Shown: positions 19,016 to 28,610 of the stretch, piece after piece
How positions within the stretch are numbered: position 1 is the first letter of the stretch
How the letters are laid out: each line of letters starts with the position of its first letter
Source: an uncultured Rhodospirillaceae bacterium
GTDB lineage: Bacteria; Pseudomonadota; Alphaproteobacteria; UBA9219
Direction: 5' to 3'
Length of the DNA stretch: 64,000 nucleotides
Assembly (NCBI GenBank): GCA_964517415.1
Contig: CAZFCA010000004.1
Location: forward strand, 18,754-82,753
Made by a program: the position numbers and the translations under genes
Notes under the pieces: generated by a model
Database searches by the model: none
Told to the model about the DNA's origin: nothing
What the model saw: only the letters and a program-made list of their open reading frames with translations

Positions 19016-19975
19016 CTAATGGCTCATCGACACGACCTTGAGTATCGCCGGCCCCAAAAGAACGACGAACAGCGGTGGCAGAATGAATAGAATCATCGGC
19101 ACCGTAAGTGTCGCCGGCAGCTTCGCCGCCTTTGTCTCGGCCGCCATGATGCGGTCGTTGCGCATTTCGCCCGATAAAACCCGCAAGGCCTGAGCCAACG
19201 GCGTGCCATATCTTTCTGTTTGGATAAGCGTGTTTACAAGGCCGACCACGCCTGGCAAAGGCACGCGGTCGCCCAGATTTTGCAAGGCTTGGCTGCGCTC
19301 GGGGAAGAAGCTCAACTCGACCCCGGTCAAACCGACTTCCTCGGCCAATTCGGGGCAGGAAGGCTCCAATTCGCGACTTACGCGAGCCAAGGCCGCGTCA
19401 AGGCTCAATCCTGCCTCGGCGCATATCACCATCAAATCAAGCGCGTCGGGCATGGCCTTCCTTAAAATGGAAGCGCGCTTCTGGCTCAAATTTTTAACAT
19501 AAAGTGAAGGCAGCATGACGCCCAGAACAAGCATGCCGCAAAAAGCCAGCATGCGAGGCATAGTGTCGAAACTAAAGGCTTGCGCCACGAAAAGAACAAA
19601 AAAGGCGATAAACCCGATCAATACCGGGGAGACGATGCGAATCAAAAGATAGGTCATGACTGCCTCGCGCGACCGATAGCCTGCGCGCGCCAGTTTCAGG
19701 CGAAGCTCGCTCGTTTGTTTGCCTTGTTCGAGTCGCATCTTCTGCACAAGCCGCTTGATGAAATCCGTCTTGATCAGATTTTCTCGGCGGGATTTTTTCA
19801 GTTGCCGCTGCGCCTCCGTCAACTCTTTGCGCCTTTCCGCTATCCCTTTCAAGCGGTCTTCCAGAGGATTGTCGTCGACAAGCGCCATCCAGATCAAAAC
19901 CACGACAACGACGGCGCCCAATCCGCAAACAAAGGAAAGAACGGTCGGATCATGCAAGGCGCGGTCGAGCGTCAT
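19016..19975 (-). CDS. tadC: Tad pilus platform protein TadC
   Basis: GspF-like half-size membrane protein immediately downstream of tadB. Confidence 0.85.
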   Translation of the reverse strand: MTLDRALHDPTVLSFVCGLGAVVVVVLIWMALVDDNPLEDRLKGIAERRKELTEAQRQLKKSRRENLIKTDFIKRLVQKMRLEQGKQTSELRLKLARAGYRSREAVMTYLLIRIVSPVLIGFIAFFVLFVAQAFSFDTMPRMLAFCGMLVLGVMLPSLYVKNLSQKRASILRKAMPDALDLMVICAEAGLSLDAALARVSRELEPSCPELAEEVGLTGVELSFFPERSQALQNLGDRVPLPGVVGLVNTLIQTERYGTPLAQALRVLSGEMRNDRIMAAETKAAKLPATLTVPMILFILPPLFVVLLGPAILKVVSMSH

Positions 19976-19984
19976 CGCGTCTCC

Positions 19985-20959
19985 CTATAATTCAAAATTG
20001 ACCATTTTGAGCATTACGGCCCATCCCGTCGCCATCCAGCAAAGGCCGCCAGCCAATAAATACTGGCCCTTCGTCTGGGTGAATAGAATGGACACATAGC
20101 TATAATTCACGAACAAAAGCAGGGCGAACATGATAAAAGGCAACGAGCCGATAATCATCGCGCTGGCCTTGGCCTCTGACGACATGGCCTTGACCTTCTG
20201 CTTTAACTGCCGGCGCTTGCGGATAAGATCGGACAGGTTGCCCAGAGTTTCCCCCAGATTTCCGCCGGTTTCCTTCTGAATCGCCATGGCGATGATCAGA
20301 AAACGGAATTCCGGAACGCTGATGCGCCGCTCCACTTCCCACATTGAGGCTTCGAGCGTTTTGCCCATGCGCACGCCGTCGCTGACGCGCAAAAATTCGA
20401 TTCCCACGGGGTCCGGCAGTTCGCGACCGACGGCCGCGATGGATTCCGTAATCGGCAAGCCGGAACGAATGCCGCGGCACATGGTGTCGATAGCCTCGGG
20501 AAAGCTCGCGATAAATTTTTTATGGCGGCGCTTGACCATCCATCCGATGATAAAGTGGGGCAGGCCAAGCCCAAACATGATGGACAAAGGAAGGATCGCG
20601 GCCTTTTTTATCTCGAAAAAGTTCAACGCCAAATCAACCAGCAAAACCGACAAGGCGTTGGTCAAAAGATATTCGCCCAACGTCAGGCTACCCCCTGTCG
20701 CCGCAAGCCTGTCCCGCAATTTATCGGGATTCGGCAAAGCTTTCACAAGCCTGTCGAGCAAGGGAATGGCGCTGTCTTTCGTCGAGCGCACGCTGTTGAT
20801 TCGATCTGACGTGCTAATTTTATGCGCGACTTTTTGGCCTGCAACGCGCGCCAACCGCTTTTCGATGTTGAGGGACTCGCCGCCCAGCGCGTAGACGAGC
20901 AGCAAAACGAAGACCGACGCGCCGACCCCCAGCACAAGAGAAAGGAGAGTCGCGTGCAT
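19985..20959 (-). CDS. tadB: Tad pilus platform protein TadB
   Basis: GspF-like membrane protein downstream of cpaF. Confidence 0.85.
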   Translation of the reverse strand: MHATLLSLVLGVGASVFVLLLVYALGGESLNIEKRLARVAGQKVAHKISTSDRINSVRSTKDSAIPLLDRLVKALPNPDKLRDRLAATGGSLTLGEYLLTNALSVLLVDLALNFFEIKKAAILPLSIMFGLGLPHFIIGWMVKRRHKKFIASFPEAIDTMCRGIRSGLPITESIAAVGRELPDPVGIEFLRVSDGVRMGKTLEASMWEVERRISVPEFRFLIIAMAIQKETGGNLGETLGNLSDLIRKRRQLKQKVKAMSSEAKASAMIIGSLPFIMFALLLFVNYSYVSILFTQTKGQYLLAGGLCWMATGWAVMLKMVNFEL

Positions 20960-20961
20960 GC

Positions 20962-22590
20962 CTAGATCTCCATGGTTTCCATAAGCTGCTTGTCCAAACC
21001 GAAATAGGCGGCCTTGGGCAGGCAGTGCGGGCGCAGGCCGTGGTTCTTGAATTCGACGATCAGTCGGCCGTCCGGCATTTCGCCCGTGACGTCGCAGGTA
21101 TAAAGATCCTGCATGGTGATTACCTCGTCTTCCATGCCCGTGATTTCGGTCACATAGGTAACTCGGCGAGACCCATCGCGCAAGCGGCCTACTTGGATGA
21201 TCATATCCAGTGCCGAGGCTATTTGCTGCCTGATCGCGCGCGGCGAAAGATTGGCACTGGCCATGCCCACAAGGTTTTCAAGGCGCATGATCGCCTCGCG
21301 CGGGCGGTTTGCGTGCACGGTGGACATAGAGCCGTCATGGCCGGTGTTCATGGCCTGAAGCATATCCAGCGCTTCGCCGCCGCGCGTTTCGCCGACGATA
21401 ATGCGGTCGGGGCGCATGCGCAGAGCATTTTTTACGAGATCCCGCATGGTCACCTCGCCGCTTCCTTCAAGGTTGGGGGGGCGCGTTTCAAGGCGCACAA
21501 CATGCGGCTGCTGCAATTGAAGTTCGGCGGCGTCTTCGATGGTCACAATGCGTTCGCCATGATCAATCATCTGCGACAGCGCGTTTAAAAGCGTCGTTTT
21601 GCCCGATCCCGTGCCGCCCGAAATCAAGATATTGAGCCTAGATCGGCCTGCAATGCGCAGCAGCTTCGCCATAGGCGGCGAAAGGCTGTTAAATTTCAGC
21701 ATCGTATCCAGCGTTATTTTTTTCTTCGCGAATTTGCGGATCGTGATCGTCGCGCCGTCGATAGCCAGCGGAGGAATGATAATATTTACGCGGCTGCCGT
21801 CGGCAAGGCGCGCGTCGCAAAGCGGCGAGCTTTCGTCGATGCGCCGGCCGATAGCCGTGACGATGCGCGTCGCGATGGAAAGAACGTGCGTGTTGTCGCG
21901 GAATTGAACGTCGGACAGCGTCAGTTTGCCCTTGTTTTCGATGTATACTTTCTTGGCGCCGTTGACCATGATTTCAGAAATGCCTTCATCCGCCAAAAGC
22001 GGCTCCAGCGGCCCAAGCCCAAGCATATCGTCCAGCAATTGCTTGACCAGTTCGGCGCGTTCGGCGGCGTTCAATTGGATTCGCGTTTCATCCAAAAGCT
22101 CGGTTATCAGCCCCGTCAGGTCGCGCGAAAGTTCTTCGCGGGGCAATTTCGCGGCCGCGGAAGTGTCGATGCGCTCGAAAACGATGGGCTGCAATTTCAG
22201 CTTGGCCTGCTCTACGCTGGCGCGGCTTGAGTTGCGCATATAGGGATCGGCTGGCGCGGCGGGAACCGATATTTCCGGCATCGCCATCTTTTCAACCGGC
22301 GGCGAGACCTCGGCGATGGCCGGCGGCAAGGTTTTGACTGCGGCAACGCCATCGCTTTGCGCCATAAAACCGTTCACCAGCGCCGTGACAAGATCCCTTT
22401 GATCCAAAAGATTAAGCTCTATCTTCTGCGCGACGACGAACTGTGACACAACCGCCTTGGCTTCGCGCGCTATATCCACGCGATGCACCCACTTGACCTT
22501 TTCGGGAGGAATCTTTTCCTTGAGCGCGGACATTAAATGGTCGCGCAGGGCGGGAAGGCTCAAATCCGTGATGGGCGATTCGGCGTCCAT
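20962..22590 (-). CDS. cpaF: Tad pilus ATPase CpaF/TadA
   Basis: Walker [16 protein letters not shown], and the motifs [10 protein letters not shown] and [11 protein letters not shown]. Confidence 0.95.
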   Translation of the reverse strand: MDAESPITDLSLPALRDHLMSALKEKIPPEKVKWVHRVDIAREAKAVVSQFVVAQKIELNLLDQRDLVTALVNGFMAQSDGVAAVKTLPPAIAEVSPPVEKMAMPEISVPAAPADPYMRNSSRASVEQAKLKLQPIVFERIDTSAAAKLPREELSRDLTGLITELLDETRIQLNAAERAELVKQLLDDMLGLGPLEPLLADEGISEIMVNGAKKVYIENKGKLTLSDVQFRDNTHVLSIATRIVTAIGRRIDESSPLCDARLADGSRVNIIIPPLAIDGATITIRKFAKKKITLDTMLKFNSLSPPMAKLLRIAGRSRLNILISGGTGSGKTTLLNALSQMIDHGERIVTIEDAAELQLQQPHVVRLETRPPNLEGSGEVTMRDLVKNALRMRPDRIIVGETRGGEALDMLQAMNTGHDGSMSTVHANRPREAIMRLENLVGMASANLSPRAIRQQIASALDMIIQVGRLRDGSRRVTYVTEITGMEDEVITMQDLYTCDVTGEMPDGRLIVEFKNHGLRPHCLPKAAYFGLDKQLMETMEI

Positions 22591-23855
22591 CAGGTTTTAC
22601 TCCGCGCCGCGCGCTTGATTTTAAGATTTTTAATTTTGCGAGCGATATCAGTCCAACGCGCAGCCTGCTTTTTCGAAACCGCCTGATCCTCGATATTGCC
22701 TAGATAGGCGGCAAGTCGGCGCAGTGATCTTGCCAATTCCGAATGAGGTGCGGCCGCGCCGATAGCCTTGCCGCTGTTCGATGCCGCCATCAAAGCCGCA
22801 GGATCTTCGGGTATGATAAAATCTACCGTGCCTTGGATGCCCTTTTCGAAAATCGCCTTTGAAACATGGCCGGCGGCGGATGCGTTCGTGCGTGCGCCGA
22901 CAACCGTGATCCGCGCCGTGCAACCAAGGTTATTGAGCGAATTCTTGATCCGGAGGGTGTCGCGAATGCCAGCCAGCGTCAAATCCGAAACAAGCACGAT
23001 TTCATCCGCCATTGTTTCCAGCCGTTTTTGCGAGGCCAGCATGTGCCGGGGAAGATCGATCAAAATGGCGTCGAAATTGCTGCGCATTTCCTTTAAAAGC
23101 GCGTCGATGGCCGCGCCGTCGATGGGAGCCAGCTCGTCCACGGCTTCTTCGGCGCATAATATCGAAAATTTATCGCTTTCTGGCATGATGGAACTGGCGA
23201 TCATAAGTGCGTCGACGCGATTGGGCGAACTGACGATATCGCGTAGGCCGCGCCCGGGCTCAAGATCAAGCGAAAGCGAACTTGTGCCGAATTGAAGATC
23301 CATGTCGAACAACGCCGCGCTCTTATTGTACGCATGCGATAAATTCCAACCGACGTTCAGGGCGATTGTGCTGGCACCAACGCCGCCGCGGGCGCCGATG
23401 AAAAGCGTAAGTCGCGCCTGCATGTTCTCGCCCTTGCCGGCAGACGGAGCGCGCAAGGCGGCGGCCAGCGCCTGATTCAACAAATCCTGCGACAGGGGCT
23501 TGACCAAGTAATCGACCGCGCCCGCGCCTAAAATGCGGCGATAAAGGAAGATGTCGTTTTCGGAACCGATGGCGATCAAGCGACAATCGCCCCCGCATAA
23601 ATTGGCAAGACGCGATATGACGGCGGCGGCATCGGCTTGGCCTTCGATATCGACAATCGCCATTTTTGGTGGCGCGGCTGATTCCAGCATTTGCGCAAAA
23701 ATATCGGGACCGCCTTGCTGAACCGCGGCTTTGGGAAAGCCCTGCCTTTCCGCCCAGCTGCGCAGCGATATAAGCGAGTCGTCATCGAGCACGAAACCCA
23801 TGAAGGCGCCGTACATCACCGGATCTTCGCTATGTCCTGAAAGCAATCCGCTCAT
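22590..23855 (-). CDS. cpaE: CpaE/TadZ (receiver-like N-domain plus ParA/MinD-like ATPase domain)
   Basis: Deviant Walker A GARGGVGASTIA. Correct position between cpaD and cpaF, with a 1-nt overlap with cpaF. Confidence 0.85.
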   Translation of the reverse strand: MSGLLSGHSEDPVMYGAFMGFVLDDDSLISLRSWAERQGFPKAAVQQGGPDIFAQMLESAAPPKMAIVDIEGQADAAAVISRLANLCGGDCRLIAIGSENDIFLYRRILGAGAVDYLVKPLSQDLLNQALAAALRAPSAGKGENMQARLTLFIGARGGVGASTIALNVGWNLSHAYNKSAALFDMDLQFGTSSLSLDLEPGRGLRDIVSSPNRVDALMIASSIMPESDKFSILCAEEAVDELAPIDGAAIDALLKEMRSNFDAILIDLPRHMLASQKRLETMADEIVLVSDLTLAGIRDTLRIKNSLNNLGCTARITVVGARTNASAAGHVSKAIFEKGIQGTVDFIIPEDPAALMAASNSGKAIGAAAPHSELARSLRRLAAYLGNIEDQAVSKKQAARWTDIARKIKNLKIKRAARSKT

Positions 23856-24328
23856 GGCGCTGCCGCTGCCCCCCCGGCGGCGGGCGAGCCTCCCGCCGTA
23901 ATATCGCCAGTCATTCCGGAGCTCGGGCTCGCCGCCGTCGTCGCGGCAATCGCGTTCGTATCCGCAGACGGCATCACAAGGCCGCGTGGCTGATTGTTGT
24001 CATAACGCCGCACGGCGCCCACCGCCATCACGCCGCGCTGGTTCGCCAGGTTGCGCCCCTCGACCAGATCGTTCGGCCTTTCGATCATGGCGGCCAAGTT
24101 CCTTGCATGGGCGCAGCCGTATTGAGGATAAGGCTGGTTGTCGAAGGGGTTCGTGACGGCGCCGCTCCAACTGGGGCACGGCGGCGGAGTCGCCTCGCCA
24201 TGCCCATCAACAGTTGGCGCCACGCGAATGGCGTAATCGGGTTGGGCCGTCGGCGGAAACCAGTTTGCGCACGCGGCCAAGGCCAACAGGCAGGGCGTAA
24301 GGAAAGCTAAAGTCAAAAAGCGATTCAT
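23852..24328 (-). CDS. cpaD: CpaD-like pilus assembly lipoprotein
   Basis: Lipobox LALAAC and a conserved GCAHARNLAAMIERPNDLVEGR segment. Correct position after cpaC. Confidence 0.7.
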   Translation of the reverse strand: MNRFLTLAFLTPCLLALAACANWFPPTAQPDYAIRVAPTVDGHGEATPPPCPSWSGAVTNPFDNQPYPQYGCAHARNLAAMIERPNDLVEGRNLANQRGVMAVGAVRRYDNNQPRGLVMPSADTNAIAATTAASPSSGMTGDITAGGSPAAGGAAAAP

Positions 24329-24331
24329 CTC

Positions 24332-26065
24332 TTACTCCACAATAAGGCCGCCGCTGCTTTTGTCGGCATCCCCCGCCGGATGCAAAACAAGCGGCGTCGC
24401 GCTTGCGGGAATGAGGGAGCCGGGAAGCGGCGGTATCGCCAGCGCGGTTTCCGCAGCATGGGATACAGGCGTAGACGTAGCGGCAGGCGTTTTTTCAGGC
24501 TTTTTTGCAACATACGCGGGATGGTTCGCCGACGATGCTTTAAGGGGTTCCGGCGCCTTTACCGAGGGTTCCGTCTCCGGCAGGGATTTCACTGCAATCG
24601 GCTCCGCTGTTTTAGTCAAAAGAGGCTCCGCGCTTTGAGAAAGCTCGGGCGCCATGGTCACAGGCTTGACCGGCGCGGCTTCGGGCGATTCCGAAACGGC
24701 CACGGGATCGCCGCTTGTCGGCCGCGTGCTCGGATCGGCGTTCGTATAGCGATGATCGAGAAGACGCTCGGATTCAGTCGGCGGCGCGAAGCCGTCCGTC
24801 GGCAGAGCGAGCTGCTTTTTCGAAGGCTTCACAATGTAGGGCGTGATGATGACAACAAGCTCGGTCTGGCCGTTGATAAAATGATCCGACCTGAAAAGCG
24901 TCCCTAAGACCGGTAGATCGCCGAGTCCGGGAAATTTCGTCACCGATTGCGTCTGGGAATTGTTCATAAGCCCCGCAATTGCGAAACTTTCCCCGCTTCC
25001 GACTTCGACGGTCGTCTCGGCCTTGCGCGTAATGAGGGCGGGAACCGAGATATTGCTGGAAACGACCGCGCCCGTTTGCGTCAATTCGCTAACCTCCGGC
25101 CGCACATGCAGGCTGATGCGGTCGCCACTGAGAAGCGTTGGCGTAAAGGCAAGCGAAATGCCGTATGGCTGGAATTGAACGCTGATCGTGCCGTTGCCTT
25201 GCGGAATGGGGATAGGAAACTGTCCGCCTGCAAGAAAGTTGGCTGTTTCGCCCGACATTGCGGTCAAGTTAGGCTCGGCCAAAATCGTCAGAAAGCCGTT
25301 TTGGGCCAAAGCGTCGATCATCGTGTCAACCGTGAATCTTCTGCCGGTGTACGCGGAACCGATCACATTGTTCGGCATGCTAAGGCTGGGATTGTTCGGC
25401 CTCGGGAAAAGCCCCGAATTGTTGGCGGCGCCGGTGTTGAAGACGCCAGCTCCCGCCATCTCCACGGCGTTGCCCGTCGCCAGGCCGAAGGTAATGCCCC
25501 CCGCGTGCAAAAGGCTTTGCCAGTTGAAGCCCAGCGAATTGTCGACCGTGCGCTGGACTTCGGCGAAGCGCACGCGAATATGAACCTGATTGCTTCCCGT
25601 GACAGTCGCGCGGTTGATGATATCGCCGCCTTGCGGCAAAAAACGCTGGGCGATTTTATAGGCGTCGGCGATGGCGGCAGCATCGTTCGCCGTGCCGGTC
25701 AAAACGATTCCGCCGGGAACCGAAGAAACCCTGATTGAACTGCCCGGAATGGCTGTCTTCAGTTCCTGCCGCAATAGAGACAAATCCTGCGACACGATCA
25801 GCGTGCGCTCGGCCAAAACCGCGCCTTTGCTGTCGGTGGCCATAAAGCTGGTCTCGCCGGTCCGCTTGCCGAAAAGCATAACCTGTGTGGGCGACATGAC
25901 CTGAACGTCGGCGATTTCCGGATTAGCGACAAAAACCGATGTCGCCGGCCCGCTTAGCATCAAGGATTCGCCGTGATCAACCGTTAAAGACATGGTTTTC
26001 GGCGCCGCCCATGCCGGCACCGCGAGGAACGCGAAGAAAGCGAAAAGAAGTGCGGCTTTTTTCAT
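24332..26065 (-). CDS. cpaC: Tad secretin CpaC/RcpA with a long Pro/Ala/Ser-rich C-terminal extension
   Basis: Signal peptide, N-terminal BON-like domain and a secretin domain (PGLGDLPVLGTLFRS...ELVVIITPYIV), followed by a low-complexity tail of about 170 aa. Confidence 0.9.
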   Translation of the reverse strand: MKKAALLFAFFAFLAVPAWAAPKTMSLTVDHGESLMLSGPATSVFVANPEIADVQVMSPTQVMLFGKRTGETSFMATDSKGAVLAERTLIVSQDLSLLRQELKTAIPGSSIRVSSVPGGIVLTGTANDAAAIADAYKIAQRFLPQGGDIINRATVTGSNQVHIRVRFAEVQRTVDNSLGFNWQSLLHAGGITFGLATGNAVEMAGAGVFNTGAANNSGLFPRPNNPSLSMPNNVIGSAYTGRRFTVDTMIDALAQNGFLTILAEPNLTAMSGETANFLAGGQFPIPIPQGNGTISVQFQPYGISLAFTPTLLSGDRISLHVRPEVSELTQTGAVVSSNISVPALITRKAETTVEVGSGESFAIAGLMNNSQTQSVTKFPGLGDLPVLGTLFRSDHFINGQTELVVIITPYIVKPSKKQLALPTDGFAPPTESERLLDHRYTNADPSTRPTSGDPVAVSESPEAAPVKPVTMAPELSQSAEPLLTKTAEPIAVKSLPETEPSVKAPEPLKASSANHPAYVAKKPEKTPAATSTPVSHAAETALAIPPLPGSLIPASATPLVLHPAGDADKSSGGLIVE

Positions 26066-26068
26066 GGC

Positions 26069-26926
26069 CTACCTGCGCCGTTCAAAGAAATTTTCGCTGA
26101 CCGTCTTGCCGCGCATCACCTGAACGCGGTGCAAAAGGCTGTCCTCGCCGTCCACCGAAGGGTACGAACTGCTGACGTCGCTATCCCACGTCGGATTCTT
26201 GGCCGAAGGCGGCGCCTTTTCATCGATGGCCAGCGAGCGTAAGACGAGAGAGATTGAGCCCCTGCCTGCCTGCATAGCCGTCATATCAATGGCCAAGGCC
26301 AGCCTTTCGGCATCTTTGGGGCTGACCTCAAGCGTCGCGATTTGCGCGACTTTCGGATCGGAAGATTGATTGTCGCTGCGCTGGTCAAGCGCAAGCACGC
26401 GCACGTTCTGCAAAATGGTTTCGCTGATGCGCCGCTCGTTAAGGCTGGAAACGTCCTTGCGGCTGAAGCTGTGGGTCAGAATGACATCCACCCTGTCGCC
26501 CGGGAAAATAAAGCCGGCCACCTCGGCGGTGGGCGAAAGAGCAATCGACATGGCGCGCATGCCGGGGGTCAACACGGCCGCCAGAAACCCGTGATTGTCC
26601 GGCGACGTGAGGCGCGAAACGATAAGCGGCTCTCCCGAGCGAAACCCGTCGCGCACAATAGAACCGATATAATCGGCCGGATTGTTCTTTCCCTTCACAA
26701 TCAGGTTGCTCGTATCCGCGTCCTTTACCCAGGAAACCCACTTGATATCCATATCCTTCAGAATCGCGCCGGTCGGAACGTCGCGCGCCGCGACGCCCAC
26801 CTCGACAGAGGAAACCGGCGCTTGCCCGTCGGTCGGCGGCGGCGCCATCAGCCCGTTCACGGCCAAAACGGTTCCAATGCCGACGAAGCCGGCGACGATG
26901 AGAAGAAGCATTTTTCTGGGTATCAT
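26069..26926 (-). CDS. cpaB: CpaB/RcpC Flp pilus assembly protein
   Basis: N-terminal TM followed by SAF-like and RcpC-like regions. Correct position between cpaA and cpaC. Confidence 0.85.
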   Translation of the reverse strand: MIPRKMLLLIVAGFVGIGTVLAVNGLMAPPPTDGQAPVSSVEVGVAARDVPTGAILKDMDIKWVSWVKDADTSNLIVKGKNNPADYIGSIVRDGFRSGEPLIVSRLTSPDNHGFLAAVLTPGMRAMSIALSPTAEVAGFIFPGDRVDVILTHSFSRKDVSSLNERRISETILQNVRVLALDQRSDNQSSDPKVAQIATLEVSPKDAERLALAIDMTAMQAGRGSISLVLRSLAIDEKAPPSAKNPTWDSDVSSSYPSVDGEDSLLHRVQVMRGKTVSENFFERRR

Positions 26927-27420
26927 GAGAGTCCTCTATCCGGCAGTAAAGGCTCAGCCAAAACGCGCAGGACGCATAATCCGCCGACGGCAATGGCGAC
27001 GCCGTAAGGAACGCGTGTCTGGGAAAGGGGCGTTTTTTCCGTCGCCTTGCGGTTTTTCGCATAGGCGGCCGCGAGGATAACAAGTGCCTCGACCCCTCCC
27101 GCAAAAACGGTGGCAAGCAAAAAAACATCGATCAAGCCTATTCCCGCCCATAAAGAGCCGGCGGCCAATAGCTTGGCATCGCCCGCGCCAATCCATTTCA
27201 TCAAAAAGGCGAAAAAACCCAAGGTGCCGATAACGACAAATGTGGCCGCATGGAGAATCCAATCGACCGGTTTGGGCGAGGAAAACGCGTATAAGAAAAA
27301 TAGAATAAGAAGACTAAGACTGATATAGTTTGGAATTAAAAACGAACGCGCGTCCTTCACCGCGGCCGCGATAAAAGCGGCGGCAGCCATAAAAAGGATT
27401 GCCCCGAAAAGAGCCGTCAT
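26923..27420 (-). CDS. cpaA: Prepilin peptidase CpaA (A24 family, short form)
   Basis: 165-aa polytopic membrane protein containing the GAGDAKL motif. It shares an ATGA-type 4-nt overlap with cpaB. Confidence 0.8.
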   Translation of the reverse strand: MTALFGAILFMAAAAFIAAAVKDARSFLIPNYISLSLLILFFLYAFSSPKPVDWILHAATFVVIGTLGFFAFLMKWIGAGDAKLLAAGSLWAGIGLIDVFLLATVFAGGVEALVILAAAYAKNRKATEKTPLSQTRVPYGVAIAVGGLCVLRVLAEPLLPDRGLS

Positions 27421-27450
27421 GCTCTCTATTCCCTTGAACGCATGTGAGAG

Positions 27451-27465
27451 TTAAGCCAGTTTTAA
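27451..27465. promoter_or_regulatory. CtrA-box-like motif TTAA-N7-TTAA upstream of cpaA
   Basis: TTAAGCCAGTTTTAA lies about 30 nt upstream of the cpaA start. Confidence 0.35.
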
Positions 27466-27593
27466 GAGACTACCAACGGTGTGGTTAATGAGGGGTGAAC
27501 AAAAGTTGAAAAAAGGACAATAAAAACCATAGGCTAAGACATTTTCTTAACTTAATGCCTTATCCATACACAGATGCCCGTTTTTATTGGAAA

Positions 27594-27652
27594 ATACCAA
27601 CCGCTCAACGCATGTGTTGCGAACGGTGCGAGGAACTTATCGCTCGCTAGAG
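27594..27652 (+). repeat. Possible degenerate fragment of the TAATACCAAC MITE-like family
   Basis: ATACCAACCGCTCAACG...GGTGCGAGGAACTTATCGCTCGCTAGAG resembles the 5' third of the copies at 34547 and 52587. The similarity was judged by eye only. Confidence 0.3.
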
Positions 27653-27705
27653 TTAGCGCAGACTTGGGCAGAACCTATATCCTGTAGGTGAAAACAGGCC
27701 TGCCC

Positions 27706-27736
27706 ACAAAAAGAGATGCCGGCTGTTAGGCCGGCA
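27706..27736 (-). terminator. Rho-independent terminator after flp
   Basis: Stem TGCCGGC / GCCGGCA with a 6-nt loop, followed on the minus strand by ATCTCTTTTTGT. Confidence 0.65.
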
Positions 27737-27762
27737 CCGTCTTCTCAACTCTAATTTCTCGT

Positions 27763-27924
27763 TTAGAGAGATGATTGAACAGAGTTGAACACACCGCTCA
27801 ACTTGGTTCCCAGTGCCGTAACCGCTGTGATGATCACGACGGCGATAAGGGCGGCAATCAGGCCGTATTCGATGGCCGTAGCGCCTTCTTCGCTCTTAAT
27901 AAAACGGGTTACTAGTTTACGCAT
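27763..27924 (-). CDS. flp: Flp-family type IVc pilin (53 aa; not in the supplied ORF track)
   Basis: Manual translation gives MRKLVTRFIKSEEGATAIEYGLIAALIAVVIITAVTALGTKLSGVFNSVQSSL. It contains the Flp processing motif G/ATAIEYGLI. A strong SD (AAGGAGGAG) lies 4 nt upstream of the ATG. Confidence 0.85.
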   Translation of the reverse strand: MRKLVTRFIKSEEGATAIEYGLIAALIAVVIITAVTALGTKLSGVFNSVQSSL

Positions 27925-28069
27925 CGTGCTCCTCCTTAAAGGTGTAAAATCTCGAGTCTCGAGTACCTATCAGGATAGGCCAGAACCGTTAATAAAGTGT
28001 GAAAACAAGGGGTTTTTTGCCAGAAAAATCAATCGGATATTATGTAAATAGAGTGGCTTTAAAGTGGTT

Positions 28070-28084
28070 TTAATTTCGAATTAA
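28070..28084. promoter_or_regulatory. CtrA-box-like motif TTAA-N7-TTAA upstream of flp
   Basis: TTAATTTCGAATTAA lies about 150 nt upstream of the flp start, in an AT-rich spacer. Confidence 0.35.
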
Positions 28085-28134
28085 TGTTACCTAATGCCCT
28101 TGTTTTTAAACCAGTTTTTTCCGCACTGCGGCAT

Positions 28135-28602
28135 CTAGCTGCCTTGTTTTTGACGGCTCGGTTGCCTCAACGCCTCGCCCAAGACCATTCCGGCGCTGAT
28201 TGCCACGTTTAAGGAACGCAATCCCGCCTTCATCGGAATAAGAACCCGCTCGTCTACGCGGTTTTGAACCGCCTCTGGGACACCCGCACTTTCGCGCCCC
28301 ACGATCAGAACATCGTCCGTTCGGTAGGTTAAATCAGTATAAGGCTTCTCGGTCTTTGTCGTCAGAAGAACAAGCCTGCGCTTTCCTGTTTGCCCAAGAA
28401 ACGCATCCCATGACTTGTGCTTTGTTAAATCTAGATGATCAAAATAATCCATGGCCGCGCGCCGCAATCGCGCATTGTCCAAAGGAAAACCGCAAGGGCC
28501 GATGATATCCATCGCGACGCCAAGGCACGCGCAAAGGCGCATCATCGCGCCCGTATTGGGCGGCATATCAGGCTGATAAAGAGCAAGGCGAAGAGAAGTC
28601 AT
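28135..28602 (-). CDS. trmL: tRNA (cytidine/uridine-2'-O)-methyltransferase TrmL (SpoU family)
   Basis: 155 aa, collinear with E. coli TrmL as recalled (LYQPDMPPNTGAMMRLCA, LRRAAMDY, RSLNVAISAGMV). Confidence 0.85.
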   Translation of the reverse strand: MTSLRLALYQPDMPPNTGAMMRLCACLGVAMDIIGPCGFPLDNARLRRAAMDYFDHLDLTKHKSWDAFLGQTGKRRLVLLTTKTEKPYTDLTYRTDDVLIVGRESAGVPEAVQNRVDERVLIPMKAGLRSLNVAISAGMVLGEALRQPSRQKQGS

Positions 28603-28610
28603 TTAAATAA

